A DNA stretch of 63,597 nucleotides, counting the filler, from Halocafeteria seosinensis (taxonomy: Eukaryota), in NCBI GenBank assembly GCA_001687465.1. It is 9 parts of 9 records of this genome, joined end to end, with 100 filler letters (N's around TTAATTAATTAA, not from the genome) between each part and the next. Parts side by side here need not be neighbours in the genome. Positions count along the whole stretch, not along the records: positions 1 to 14,411 come from LVLI01000047.1; positions 14,512 to 17,424 come from LVLI01000051.1; positions 17,525 to 18,772 come from LVLI01000053.1; positions 18,873 to 34,372 come from LVLI01000054.1; 5 more parts are not named here. One strand, 5' to 3'. This document shows positions 10,288 to 21,694 of the stretch, in pieces (positions within the stretch are counted from its first letter, which is position 1; each line of letters opens with the position of its first letter). The notes under the pieces were generated by a model. It had not been told where the DNA came from, did not search any database, and saw only the letters and a program-made list of their open reading frames with translations. Position numbers and translations under genes: made by a program.

Positions 10288-12630
10288 AGTTAATTGATGG
10301 AGTAAAGGAGACACCGACCTGCGATATGGCCTTTTCTGAGGTTTCAAATATTTGGAAAATTCAACGAAGACTGGTTTAGCGGTACGAGCCGGTTTGTTCC
10401 AATCTCTCCGGTCACTCCGAGTGTTGGCGTTGCTGCCATCGAAATTGGTAAGAAAGAGTGCGAACACAGACATCGAGAGTAACATATGAAGTAGAACTAC
10501 CGACGGCACTTTATGTCCATACGTTCGATTGCGAGACGCAAACTGGTCAGGAATTATTCCACCAGACTTCGCTAGAGATAATAAACATCGCCAAGCAACC
10601 TGACGACCACTTTGGTGCACATTCTCTCTTTGCCAGAACGCACTTCCAATATTACCCATGCGAACCTCCTCTTCTTCGTTGAGCGAGCAGCAGCTAGCAA
10701 CGTGGTCTTTTGCAAGCCTAATGGATTTCCGATTCACCATATAATTGCTCTCTTCAACACTACCGGTAGCATCGAGATGCCAGCCAGTCTCAGCTACACG
10801 GTGTTTCCCCCATCCTGGACTGTCTACGAGTACTATTCTATCCCTTCTGTAGGCACAAGGAAGACTCGTACAAGAACTGACCGTACTTGCACCCTTCTCT
10901 GCTGTCTGAGAAATTGAGTTCGTGGCGCCCTGTTGATCGATAATTACACGATCGTCTTCTAACAGGAACTTGTGTCCGAGAATCATATTAATAATTGTGC
11001 TTTTACCGGCTCCCGTAAGTCCATCAACTAGGGCCGTAATCACATATCTTTTCCTGTCTATGGACACAATCAAACGGGGTAAAGCGCGATACACAAAAAA
11101 ACTCAGCATGTTAAAACTATCATTGTCCAAGCTGTCCTCTTCATGCCTTCTTTGTTGATACCGACGACTCTCTACGGCTGGGCCGGCATCGCAATCAAGC
11201 CAATGGATAACATTAGTCAATTTCTGTACAATCGTCTCATGTAAACGTTTCTTCCACCCCGGTAGTTTGTCGCCAACAGAGCGCAAGCAAACATCGTAAA
11301 AATAAAAAGACAAACAATGTTGACGTGTTGGCAAAACGAGCTCCAGATAGTTTCCGGTAGAACAACGCCATCCGTATCCGTCGAACAAAAGGTAAAAGTA
11401 TCCTTTATCTTCTTCATGAGGTGTAAGAACACATTCCGGAGGACGATGGCTTTTGCGGTCACCCCCAAGTCGAGCCAGGCGCACTCTTGGGGCCCCTCTC
11501 GGGTTATTCCACACGCTTCTCAAGTAGGAATCCCCCCAGCATAGCGTAAATGAGTTACCTTGACAATCCTGCGGTTTGATTTGGAAGCAGGTGCCTTCTT
11601 GACCCAAGCATAAAGAGTTGTTCGGATCAACAGACACTGATTTTTGATGTTCATTTCCCTGTCCTAGGTCACGGGGATTTACTCTGAGCATACAGTCGTG
11701 GGTCCCCATAACAACTCCCGATTTTACTGTCTTCTCAACAACCAAGGCGAAAGAATGGACAACCCGATCAAAAGCAGAATTCAGTCTTGTACGATGACAT
11801 ATTGGGTCTTCCAATATACGTAGTTCGTCCAACAAACCTCTAGAATGGCCACTGACAGCTCTCTGCAAGCCTTGGCGGAGGTCAATGCACATCTCCAGAA
11901 GCTGCCCGTATTCCGCATAGCCGGGCAACGCGTAAATACTGGGGGGTGCGCAGTAAAACTTACCATCACTGTCCAAGGGCGTTTGGTCAAGGGAGGTCAC
12001 TAGGGCGTCAACCGTTTGATCGTTGAGAGATCCGTACTTCTTCCACCTCAAATTGACGTTACCGCGTATCATAGCAATACTCCGTGACCTCCCCCCTTGG
12101 TGGCGCGTCCTTCTGCAAACGTGCAGCTTTACCCACTCTGCCAGGTTCGTATCCACCAACTGATACGACAATGCGGAGTCCTGGTCCAGCCAAGACTCAC
12201 AGCCAAGTTGTAGCCACGCCACTCTGTAACCATGGTGATAGTATTTCCCTGTAACTGGTACTACGTCTCTATCTAATTTGACATAGTCAGGAACCGGAAG
12301 GTATTCTCTCTGCATACGATACAAAGTGATGGTGGTACGCCTCTCGTCTTGTTGACAGTTCGAGGTTGATTCGCCTCCAACCGACCAAACTGATCCCACA
12401 TTGATGCTTGCGCCGACTCCGGCCGACGATTCATTTGTATTGGTCTTGATTTCGACATTGATTTCATAATATGACTCGCCTTTGTAGACCGTGGTGTCAC
12501 CTGGGAATATGGTTCGGTCAGGAGAATTTGCACATCTTCCTAAAAACTCGTACCGCTCGCTGAGTTGTTCGTGTGCCTTGTCACAGTTCTCTGCAGCCAT
12601 CCTCCCACGAATAAGCAACATTTGACACAC
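10288..12630 (-). CDS. Putative MACPF/stonustoxin-like domain + beta-trefoil-like region + TRAFAC GTPase-like domain (5' part of the 1321-aa ORF)
   Basis: G1 GLTGAGKS, G2-like SCT and G3 DSPG are clear; no G4 seen. N-terminal FLGR, alternating VGASINVGSVWSVGGES and HHGYRVAWLQLGCE resemble MACPF features (weak). Confidence 0.5.
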
Positions 12631-13330
12631 CTAGTCGAAAAGGCTTTATTGAACATCCTACTCAACTGTGCTTTCCTATAACGGTGTATTTACGGAGCTT
12701 CGTTCACTCCGTCCAAACACCAGGCAAGGTATGTCGCTTTCTGTGCTACTGCTACTGAGACTCTGCGGGAACCTGCAAGACACTACACGCATATATCCAT
12801 CTAGCAAAACACTCTATAAGTCCAAACAACACACCACAATCACACACACACACTAATTAATTAATGGGGCAATTTTGATTTTGAGGGCAAAATCTTTCCT
12901 TGGTTTCGACTTTGTCGAAGTTGAAGGCTTGAAGCACCAAGTTTCAGACTTATCTGAGGTCCTGCCGCCAGGCTGGCACAAAAGTTACATGTACCTCATG
13001 TAACCCATGTCCAGGTTACATAACCCTCACATGTAACCTAGACAACCANTATNATTTNNTAATTTTTTAAAATATAAACGTATATTAATTAAGTGAAGTT
13101 AAATAATTCTATTGTAAAGTTAGTAAACATAATGAGTTTTGATAAAAAATTAGATAAAGCTGTAATATGAAAAGATAGATATATTTAATGGAGTAATGTT
13201 TTAGAGAAGGAGTAAAAACTATATGTTTTGTATAAAATTTAAACGCGGTTAATAATTAAATGTTCAGCGACATAGTAAATTTAGGAAGGAAGAAATTTAG
13301 AGAAGGAGTTTTAGAAGAGTAGTTCTAAAC

Positions 13331-13763
13331 CTAGAATTCTAAAGAAGGTTGAGCTTCAAAATGAATTTGATTGGTTAATTTCTATATAAAACTATAAAAA
13401 ACAAAAACAAAATAGGATACTGTATTACTTTTATGGAATTTATAGTGGACCCATTTTGGACATACAATTAATAGTATTCCATTTTGGGTCCAGTTTTGAA
13501 ATGCAAGTTTCAGGAAATCTGAAAAAAAAAAAAATTTGGGAAAATCTAAAAATTAGAATTCTAAAGAAGGTTAACCTTCAAACTGAAAATTGATTGGTTA
13601 ATTTCTATATAAAACTATAAAAAACGAAACAAAAATAGGATACTGTATTACTTTTATGAAATTAATGGGTGGACCCATTTTGGACATACACTCTATTGTA
13701 TTCCATTATGGGGCCAGGTGAAAGCAGTAAAAGAATTTATAGAGGACCCGTTTTGGACATACA
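13331..13763 (+). repeat. Imperfect ~135-bp direct repeat (13331-13468 / 13554-13690) and three copies of GGACCCRTTTTGGACATACA
   Basis: TAGAATTCTAAAGAAGGTT...TGATTGGTTAATTTCTATATAAAACTATAAAAAAC...AAATAGGATACTGTATTACTTTTATG occurs twice; motif at ~13447, ~13672, ~13744. Confidence 0.85.
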
Positions 13764-13968
13764 CTAAGAATGTGTAGTAAAATGGGGCCAGATAAAAATA
13801 AGAACCATACCATAATAGAGATATTAGAATAAGATAAGAAGAAGAGTTTTAGAAAAACATTATTTTTTGAAAGAAACAAAAAATAAGGAATTATAATAAA
13901 TGATGTAAAATAGAATGAAGATTAGATTTATAATTAGTAAAAGCGCCTCTAAAGAATGTTTAAATAAA

Positions 13969-14411
13969 TTAAACCATATCGTGAGTATATAATCTTCTTT
14001 CTTCTACATTAGACATAGCAGAGCTTTCAAGCCTATCATTAGCAGCGGTATTTTTATACAACCATAATTTAGGCCCTTCAGCGGTATATCCTCTTAAATG
14101 GACACTTTTAACATCATTATTGTTTTGTAAATGTTCCAGTTTAACAGGAGCGTAAGTAATCTTAACAACATAATGCATAGGGTCTTTAGCAGCTTCAAAA
14201 GAAGGATTAGCAGCATTAGTTCTATCATTACCAGTTCCACTCAAAACATCATCAATAGCTTCACGGGAGCCATTAGAATTATTAACAATAAATAGACTTC
14301 CTCCGTCATCTTGTATCATTAAATAATCACCAGCCACGTTAGTATCTTCAATTAATTCAAATTGTGTAGCATTAGTCGCAGCATCACTACCGTCTAATTC
14401 TTCATCAGCAG
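13969..14411 (-). CDS. Hypothetical virus-like protein, 5'-truncated by spacer
   Basis: Frame stays open upstream of 14337 to the spacer (ADEELDGSDAATNATQFELIEDTNVAGDYL...); AT-rich codon usage. Confidence 0.55.
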
Positions 14412-14511
14412 NNNNNNNNNNNNNNNNNNNNNNNNNNNNNNNNNNNNNNNNNNNNTTAATTAATTAANNNNNNNNNNNNNNNNNNNNNNNNNNNNNNNNN
14501 NNNNNNNNNNN
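14412..14511. other. Artificial contig spacer N44-TTAATTAATTAA-N44 (also 17425-17524, 18773-18872, 34373-34472, 38026-38125, 42753-42852, 45205-45304, 60359-60458)
   Basis: Eight identical 100-bp N blocks with a central six-frame-stop linker. Confidence 0.98.
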
Positions 14512-15974
14512 ACGGTATTCACTTCTCTCTGCCTAATGATCACCCCCTTTAACACAGGGAGGACAAGATTAATTGGTATTTCGAGCGTAGGCCGGACATG
14601 ATATGTGCGTGAACTTTCCACGTCGGTGGCCTTGAGTTCACCCGACGCCGCGGCAACAATGGAGCCCAAGGCGAACGTCTCCTCAATGTTTTTTACTCTG
14701 CCATCTTTCTTCCTACAAGTAGTAGTACTCAATGCGAGCACCCTTTGCTCAATAGTACAACAACAACAAACGAAGGCATCGGCTTCCTTCTCGCGCCAAA
14801 ACGGTTGAGCCAACATGTATACAATATACACTTACCTTGATGAAACCAGTACACGGTCCTCTTTAAAATTTTAACTGACACTAAGTAGGCTTGCTGCACG
14901 GCGTTTAACATACACTTCAGTAGTTACACAGCAACAACACAGACTTCAACGACGTATACGGTACAACTGCTCCACAGGCTGGACCACAGGCAGTGCCTGC
15001 ACTGCCTGCGCTGTGTGGGTACCCTGCCCAAGGCTGCCCTGTAGCCGCGACACCGGACCGCCGTGGCATGCCGGGATTGGGGGTTCGGAGCCGGCTGGGT
15101 CAACCTGATGATTAAGTTCGCGCCCCCCTGAGGTAGCCACCGAGCGGTATGGCGGAATGGAGAAATTGGCACCGAAGAAGGTCAGTTTGGAAATGGGGTC
15201 AAGTACGTTGGAGCGAAGTGATCTAGCGGCGAGCGGAAGACCTAAGATTGAAGTGGCTGGAAGAATGGAAAGAGGAGGGCATTTTGCTGCCCCGATATCG
15301 CTATTTCGTGGATTGGCAGAACCTTGGCAGTCCCCAGTTTCCGCAAATTCTTCCGTTCACCTACACACGCCAGCCTCGTGACATGCAGTCTCGACAACCA
15401 CTTCAATACCCCCTCTGCACGAGCTCCAAAGCGTCCGATAGCCTCCACAGCGAAAGGAATGATTTCGCGACCATACTCCTTCAGCTAGGCGTACTTCCTC
15501 AGTTCTCAAAAACTCAATATCCAGGCCTTCCCGACCCAAGTCCTGCGCTCCTTCATCCTGCTTGTCCTGCACCGCGGTTCTATGGGCGTAACGACGCGCG
15601 TCTTCTTGTTTCTCCCTTGGTATTTCCCTGACTCCCTCCGCTCCCCTTGGTGTCCCCCACAGCCACTTTGCAGTTACACCCAAGAGATATCTTCCCAGCT
15701 TCTTATCTCCTTCACTGAGTATGATATGCATGGTGTCGTCCTCATGAAATTTGTGCCAGGGTTGGGGTGAATCTACTCTGTCGTTTGGGTCGTACTTATC
15801 TAGGCTTCGGTTTGTCTGATGCGAGGAATCACTGAGTCTCTTAGGAGAATATAACGACTTTGTACCGGCACAGACGTTTGGACGGAGTGTGTATTTACTG
15901 TAACAAAGATTCAATACCTAAAACTACTCTACGAGGGATCGGGTGATCCCAGACTCCCCAAAAAGTGATCTATC

Positions 15975-17110
15975 ATGTGCACATTCACTGCAATTAATTA
16001 CCTCTTACGGACGGTTCCTCCTCATCACCGTACTCGAGCCACAGTAGCCTTTGACAATGCCGTCGTGGAAGTTACCCATTTGCTGCTTGGAGCGAAAGGC
16101 CGGCCGGTGGGCGATAGTATCTGTCACATATGTGTGTGTGTGTTCAGGACGCTGATAAAGTCAATAGATGTCATCAGATCCATTTACCTTTGCGCTATGG
16201 CGGATTAGGACTGGTTAAAGCCTCCTCCATCTCAACCGCAGCGTATGTTGCCTCAGCATGGGAGGCAGGGGTGGAACAGGACTCTGATACTCGTACTTCC
16301 CTCATCTCAAATCTTCAGGCGCAAGGAGTGGATTTTCAGGAGTCTACTTTGGAGGAGTGTGCACCTGATCGGAAGCAGCAGAGCTGGCTCACTGACCAAA
16401 TAATGAAGGGCGTAGCTCAATTGGAGCTTCCCCAAAGGGGATGAGGATGGAAAGGCCAGATGGAAGGCGGCTCAGGAAACGGGAGCTCAAGATTGGCTGC
16501 GGGCGTTGCCAACCTCTTCGCAAAAGCAGTTTTCTGATCTTCAATGGAGGATTGGTACGAGCCTGCGTTTGGGACTCCCGTTAGCTAGGGTGGAAATTCG
16601 GGAGATATGCACATTGTGTGATGAATTCGTCGCGGATCTTACTCAGCATGCCTTCGTATGTTCTTACGGGGATATGGTCAACGGAAGAACGGATCGGCAT
16701 AATCAGCTCAGGGATGTCATCATAGGGGCTCTCTCGTCTTGGGGTCTTGTGGTGGAAAAGGAGTCTCTGGTTAAGCAGGTTAGTAGTATGAGAGGAGATG
16801 TAGAAGTTGTGCAACCACAGGGTCCTCTTGTGTTGGATGTTTCCGTCACCAGTCCGTCAGCGGTTGGAGCTCAACAAAACTTATCTTCGACTGCGGCGAC
16901 GGCAGTAAGGGAAAGGATGAAATGTCGTGAGTATGATAGAGTTTGCCAGGAGGCTCACAAGAGGTTTTTGCCGGTGGTTTTTCAGACTTTTGGGGGTATA
17001 GGACGGAAAGGATTGGACTTTCTCTCGGACTTGCGGAACCAGAGTAGGTAGATAATAGTGGTCCTAAAAAGACAATAAATACACAGAGAGATTGCGGAAC
17101 CATCCGGCTT
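15975..17110 (+). mobile_element. Degenerate CRE/SLACS-like non-LTR retrotransposon (RT thumb + CCHC + restriction-like endonuclease)
   Basis: QIHLPLRYGGLGL..AAYVAS, LRLGLPL, CTLC..HAFVC, RHNQLRDVI, RGD..VLDVSVTSP, K.REY, FLPVVFQTFGGIG; split by frameshifts and an insertion. Confidence 0.85.
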
Positions 17111-17224
17111 GTCTTCGGAACTACAGGAAGCTGGTGATGTCTCGGCTAAGCCTGTGCTTGATGAGAGAGAACGTCAAAATGATCCGGCATTTCGTGACTA
17201 CCATGCAATTTGAAACGTAAGTAG

Positions 17225-17424
17225 AATAGTATCATCTTGCTCGTAGATTCTTCCATCGCGAAAGGAATGTGCTCCTTATCATGCCTGCGTAGGTGGGAAT
17301 ACTTTGTCCGCTTCTGGTTTTCTGCTTCCATGGCCACGCATAGTCTGGTGTTGGCCGCTCTTCCCATCCTATCTTGTGTTAAAGGGTTGACCACGGTGAC
17401 GTCTATAAACAGCTCGACCAGAGG
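17225..17424 (-). mobile_element. Second CRE-like restriction-like endonuclease C-terminal fragment, opposite orientation
   Basis: LFIDVTVVNPL..AA..AMEAENQKRTKY..HIPFAMEE; runs out of the spacer. Confidence 0.7.
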
Positions 17425-17721
17425 NNNNNNNNNNNNNNNNNNNNNNNNNNNNNNNNNNNNNNNNNNNNTTAATTAATTAANNNNNNNNNNNNNNNNNNNN
17501 NNNNNNNNNNNNNNNNNNNNNNNNCCATAACACGACTTCGTCCCCAGTACACACCATAGCTAGCTTTAGTTAGGACTTACAGATATTTGATTTGTGACTG
17601 TCCCTGAAACGCCGTCTCATTAATATAGACAAAATCGTCGTAGTGGAGATCACTGTACACATCATGAGACCAAACGATCAATAGTCCATGGGCAACTCGT
17701 TCTCACTGTTCCAATCAAAAC

Positions 17722-18772
17722 TTACACTCGTTCATCACAGTTCTTGCAAGAGCTCAACACTTTTACGTCACGAACAAGATTGCATTCACAATCGCAGTCA
17801 TAAATATTGCAGTCTATGGGCTCTATCGTCGGTACAGTAGGGGTTGGAGTTTTGGTCAAAGTGGGACTAGGAGTGCGGGTGTTTGTAGGCGTTGGTGTGG
17901 GCGAAGGAGGAACCGTTCTGGTAACGCTGGGTGTTGGTGTCGGAGTTTCCGTTGGCTTGGGCTCCATACAAAATGGTCCTGGTTCAGCTCCGGGGTGAGG
18001 CTTGAGAAACACAGTGTTGTTGGGACAGTTTGCTTCCTCGGTTCCTGGATTGTCGTCTAAGTCTCTGCATTTCAAGATTCATATAGTGTACAGTGTAGTA
18101 CGGCAGGGCATGTGAGTAAACAAATTTTTCAGCAATCTATCTTTCGACACTTACATATCGGTATAGTCGTCAAGGTTTGCGAAGATCTCACCAGGAAGAT
18201 AAACGAGATCGTTGTCCCACAGATACCTGCACAGTCGGGAAATGGAATAGTTTATATAGTAGTGAACAACAACGCGTCGGTTGACTTCTGCTTAACTTAC
18301 AAACTCCAGTCGACATTGGCCCCAGCAAATACGTCTCTCGACAAAAACCTCAAACCATTATCATTTAGATACCTGAAACGGCAAAAAGATACAAGTAGTG
18401 ATTGAACGCCTCTTGGTCGATCAGATTCTCCCTCAAACTCCTTCTTACAGGTAGCTCGTGCTGGTTCCATGAAATATGTCTCCTTCAACCCTCTTTATCT
18501 GGTTGTATCCCAAGTGTCTGTATACAAAATAGAAACGTAGCCACTAGTCCAGTCCCTAATATATTCGGTACAAACGTCATTGACTCTTGGACCAACATTT
18601 TATACACACGACCAAGATCCTGGAATATCCCATCAGGAAGCGAAGTCAACATATTACGACGAAAGTTTCTGTAAGTAATCACTACCCACTGGTAAAGAAA
18701 CTGATCCAGTAGTTAGAACAGAGGAAATGCATGTCACATACAGATCACTAGGATCTCGAAGCCGTTTGAAGG
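17722..18772 (-). CDS. Partial multi-exon leucine-rich-repeat surface protein with Cys-rich and Thr/Pro-rich stalk
   Basis: LRR exons NMLTSLPDGIFQDL, YLNDNGLRFLSRDVFAG, YLWDNDLVYLPGEIFANL; TPTPTPSVTRTVPPSPTPTPT; bounded by spacers. Confidence 0.6.
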
Positions 18773-18872
18773 NNNNNNNNNNNNNNNNNNNNNNNNNNNN
18801 NNNNNNNNNNNNNNNNTTAATTAATTAANNNNNNNNNNNNNNNNNNNNNNNNNNNNNNNNNNNNNNNNNNNN

Positions 18873-21502
18873 GGTTTCTATCCAAGCGTACTATTTGTTT
18901 AACACTCACCATCACGGAAGCAACTGAGGCGGTGCATAGTCGGCATCTTGATGACAAAAGCGAAGAGGTCATCGATAAACGTATTAAGCGATTTGTACAC
19001 CATGGCTCGCCATGGTAAGTGAGCTACAGATTTCATTTTGTAGTTAATGAAGAGCTGGGGTGTCATCAAAATGAAGCCTGTACAAAGAAGGAAATATATA
19101 AGTCTCAGTACTAAGCAAAAGCAAAATACTAGGATTTATATGCACTAGACTCACCAAACGCGTAAACGAATCCGGTCAAGCTTGACAAGACCCAGGAGTA
19201 CCACCCGCGGTGCTTTTCGTAAATCAGACTATAGACGGCATATCCAATGATCAAGGGATAAATTGCGTAGCTCAAGTGCAGCATGGCTAGGTCGTCGTAT
19301 TTCTTCGTATTACTGTTCACGTAGCCCTCATCTTTGTTCGACCAGTTCAGTCTCGGCATTTGGCCGTCCTTCCATTCAAAGTTGACTGCAAGGTTTGAAA
19401 CAACGCGATAGTAAGGAATCAACTGTACCTATAGGCTCGTTTACAAAGACCACGTACCAGAAACTGCTTTTCTGAGCTTCCAAACTTCAATAACTAGTCC
19501 CATTACCGAGGATATTAGGATCATCCAAGATGTGTCGTTGTCCAGAAGATACAAAAAGATTACTACCTGAAAGAACAGATTCAAGGCGATCGAACGCAGC
19601 GATAGACCCTTCATAGTCTTTGTGTTCCTCCAAAACGAAATGTCGTTCTTAAATGCAAGAAAATCGAATAGCATATGCAAAGTCGACACAACCATTGTTA
19701 CGACAAGCAGTATTGGGTTGGTATCGAGGAATAGACTCTTCATTTGATCAGTTTCTTTCTCACCCTGAGTCCCCCATTCTGCATGCAGATCCCAGCTATT
19801 TTGCATTTGCAGCTGCAATTGCCATACCCAAGTACTCATGGTGTTATAGCTCAGCTCGAGTGGAACATTGTCCGACGTGTCATTAACCTGAATGAGCGAT
19901 TCGGTGAGGATCCAGAACTCATTCGCGTACAGAATGGGGACATATCCCTTCTTGGAGGGGACAACTTGCAAGTAATCCGGATAGAAAGGAGGCAACTGAC
20001 CCACCTTGAAACCGCTAAAGTCATGCAGTAGATGCATTTCTAAAGCAGGCTTCCAGTAGCGGACAATAGGCTGTTCTTCCTCAGTTTCTTCGTCGTCAGG
20101 AGTCTGCTTGTCGTCGTCGAATTCGTTGTCAATATTGTCCGCACTTTCCTTAGCAGAAGAAGCCTCGGAGCTCTTAGGCTCGTTCGTAGCTACTGATGAG
20201 TCATTGGAATCAAATGTGAGACCAAACCATTTTGTTAGCAGGTTCTCGTTAGGTGTCTTTCCACTTGTGTTCAAAGAGGCGTCAGAATCACTCAACAAGT
20301 TTCTAGTGTTCTTTTCTTTCATCTTTGGCCGGTATGACATCAAAGGGTGGACGAACGAAACCACTTTCTCCGGTCGGTATCGTTTACTTTGAGGATCCGG
20401 AGAAAACCCTTCGGCAACAGCATAGATATGAGCAAACATAGAAATGTTCTGCGAGCGAATGCATTCTGGCAAAGAAAGATTTACAAACAGCTGGCGGTCA
20501 TTTTCGACGTCCCAATCATAGGACAGGTGCTGTTGGAAGAAAAGCAAGGATACATCCATATTGCGAGGTCCGGCGGTACGCGCGGAACGATTCGGGCAGC
20601 GAAGATTGTCCCACACCACTGCATTCTGCCGCGTTTTCCCGACATTTTCTTCAGCGTCAAAGTCTTGCTCTTGGTTGTCCTTTGAAGAATCACTACCACC
20701 GAATACGCTCCAGATGTTCTTGAACGTTCTAGCGATCAATCCTATTTGCTCTTCGGCAGGAGCTGTTTCGCTTTTATCCCAGTCACGGCCTTGAAACCAC
20801 CAGGTAAGACCTGATTGGGTTCCTGCTCCTCCCAGAGGGAAGCTCACTCCCGAAGGGTCTGCACTCGCTTCCTGATCTGCTTCCGTCAAGGGGAGTTCGC
20901 GTAAAGGCGCAGCGGCCGTGGAGACAAACACATAGAGGTTGAATGTCTGGCCGGAAGGCCAGAGATTTCTTAACACCGTTCGTTTGGGAAACTGCGGGAA
21001 AACATCTCCAAAAAATAAAATTAAAAAATACGCGGACCCACCTGACCATCCAAGAATTAACTTCGGGTTCTTACATTATACAACTTTCTCCTTCGCTCCA
21101 TATCAAAATACTCCAATTCCGGGGTCAGTTTCCTGCCCTGGAGCATATTGCCCATGACGGCGTCCATCATGCCGGTTCCTTGGCCAGAGCCCTTGGTCTT
21201 TTGCTGCATCATCTGAGACGCCATTGGGTCTTCCTGCTGCTGCTGTTGTTGTTGTGTCTGATGGTGCATAGGAGCTTGAGAAGAAGAAGAGGAAGCAGAA
21301 CCACTGCTCGTGTTTGCTCCACCGCTCAAATAGCGATACACCATCAAGATGACTAGCCCTTGGACTGCATTATGATCATGATAATGAAGGCATCGTCGTC
21401 AGCAAGGGAGGAAAGACACAAGGACGTACCAATGACATGGGTCCATCGAGGCCCCTGCTGCTGCTGCTGCTGGTCTCCTTGCTGGCCCTGTTGTTGCTCC
21501 AT
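18873..21502 (-). CDS. CLPTM1: CLPTM1-family membrane protein, multi-exon, 3' end lost at spacer
   Basis: YVPILYANEFW, LELSYNTMSTW, LHMLFDFLAFKNDISFW, GLSLRS, LYLLDNDTSW, TKKYDDLA, GWYSWVL, FILMTPQLFINYK..SVAHLPWR..TFIDDLFAFVIKMPTMHR; GT-AG introns; ATG at 21502 (MEQQQGQQ). Confidence 0.93.
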
Positions 21503-21694
21503 ATTGTACATATACCGCTGCACACTCTCTATAAACAAGTAATCTAGTCTAGTAAGCAAGGATACAATCTCTCCTCGTGTGTGTAATGGAAGACAATACG
21601 GACCGAAAAAACACGACTACGGTAATGGGAGAGGACCTTCACAGTGTCTGGGATTATTATGACACGTATCAACCATTCGAAATTAATGATTTTC

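Larger units (their letters stand above)
12854..14411. mobile_element. AT-rich insert, probable end of an endogenous DNA virus (Polinton-like virus/virophage-type)
   Basis: Sharp compositional switch after host (CA)n; terminal inverted repeats GTTACATG/CATGTAAC; ~135-bp direct repeats; AT-biased intronless ORF running into the spacer. Confidence 0.55.

Noticed and set aside
14412..14511. Recurring TTAATTAATTAA motif and ORFs running through X stretches
   Set aside because: Artificial spacer; not biological, and no linkage can be inferred across it.
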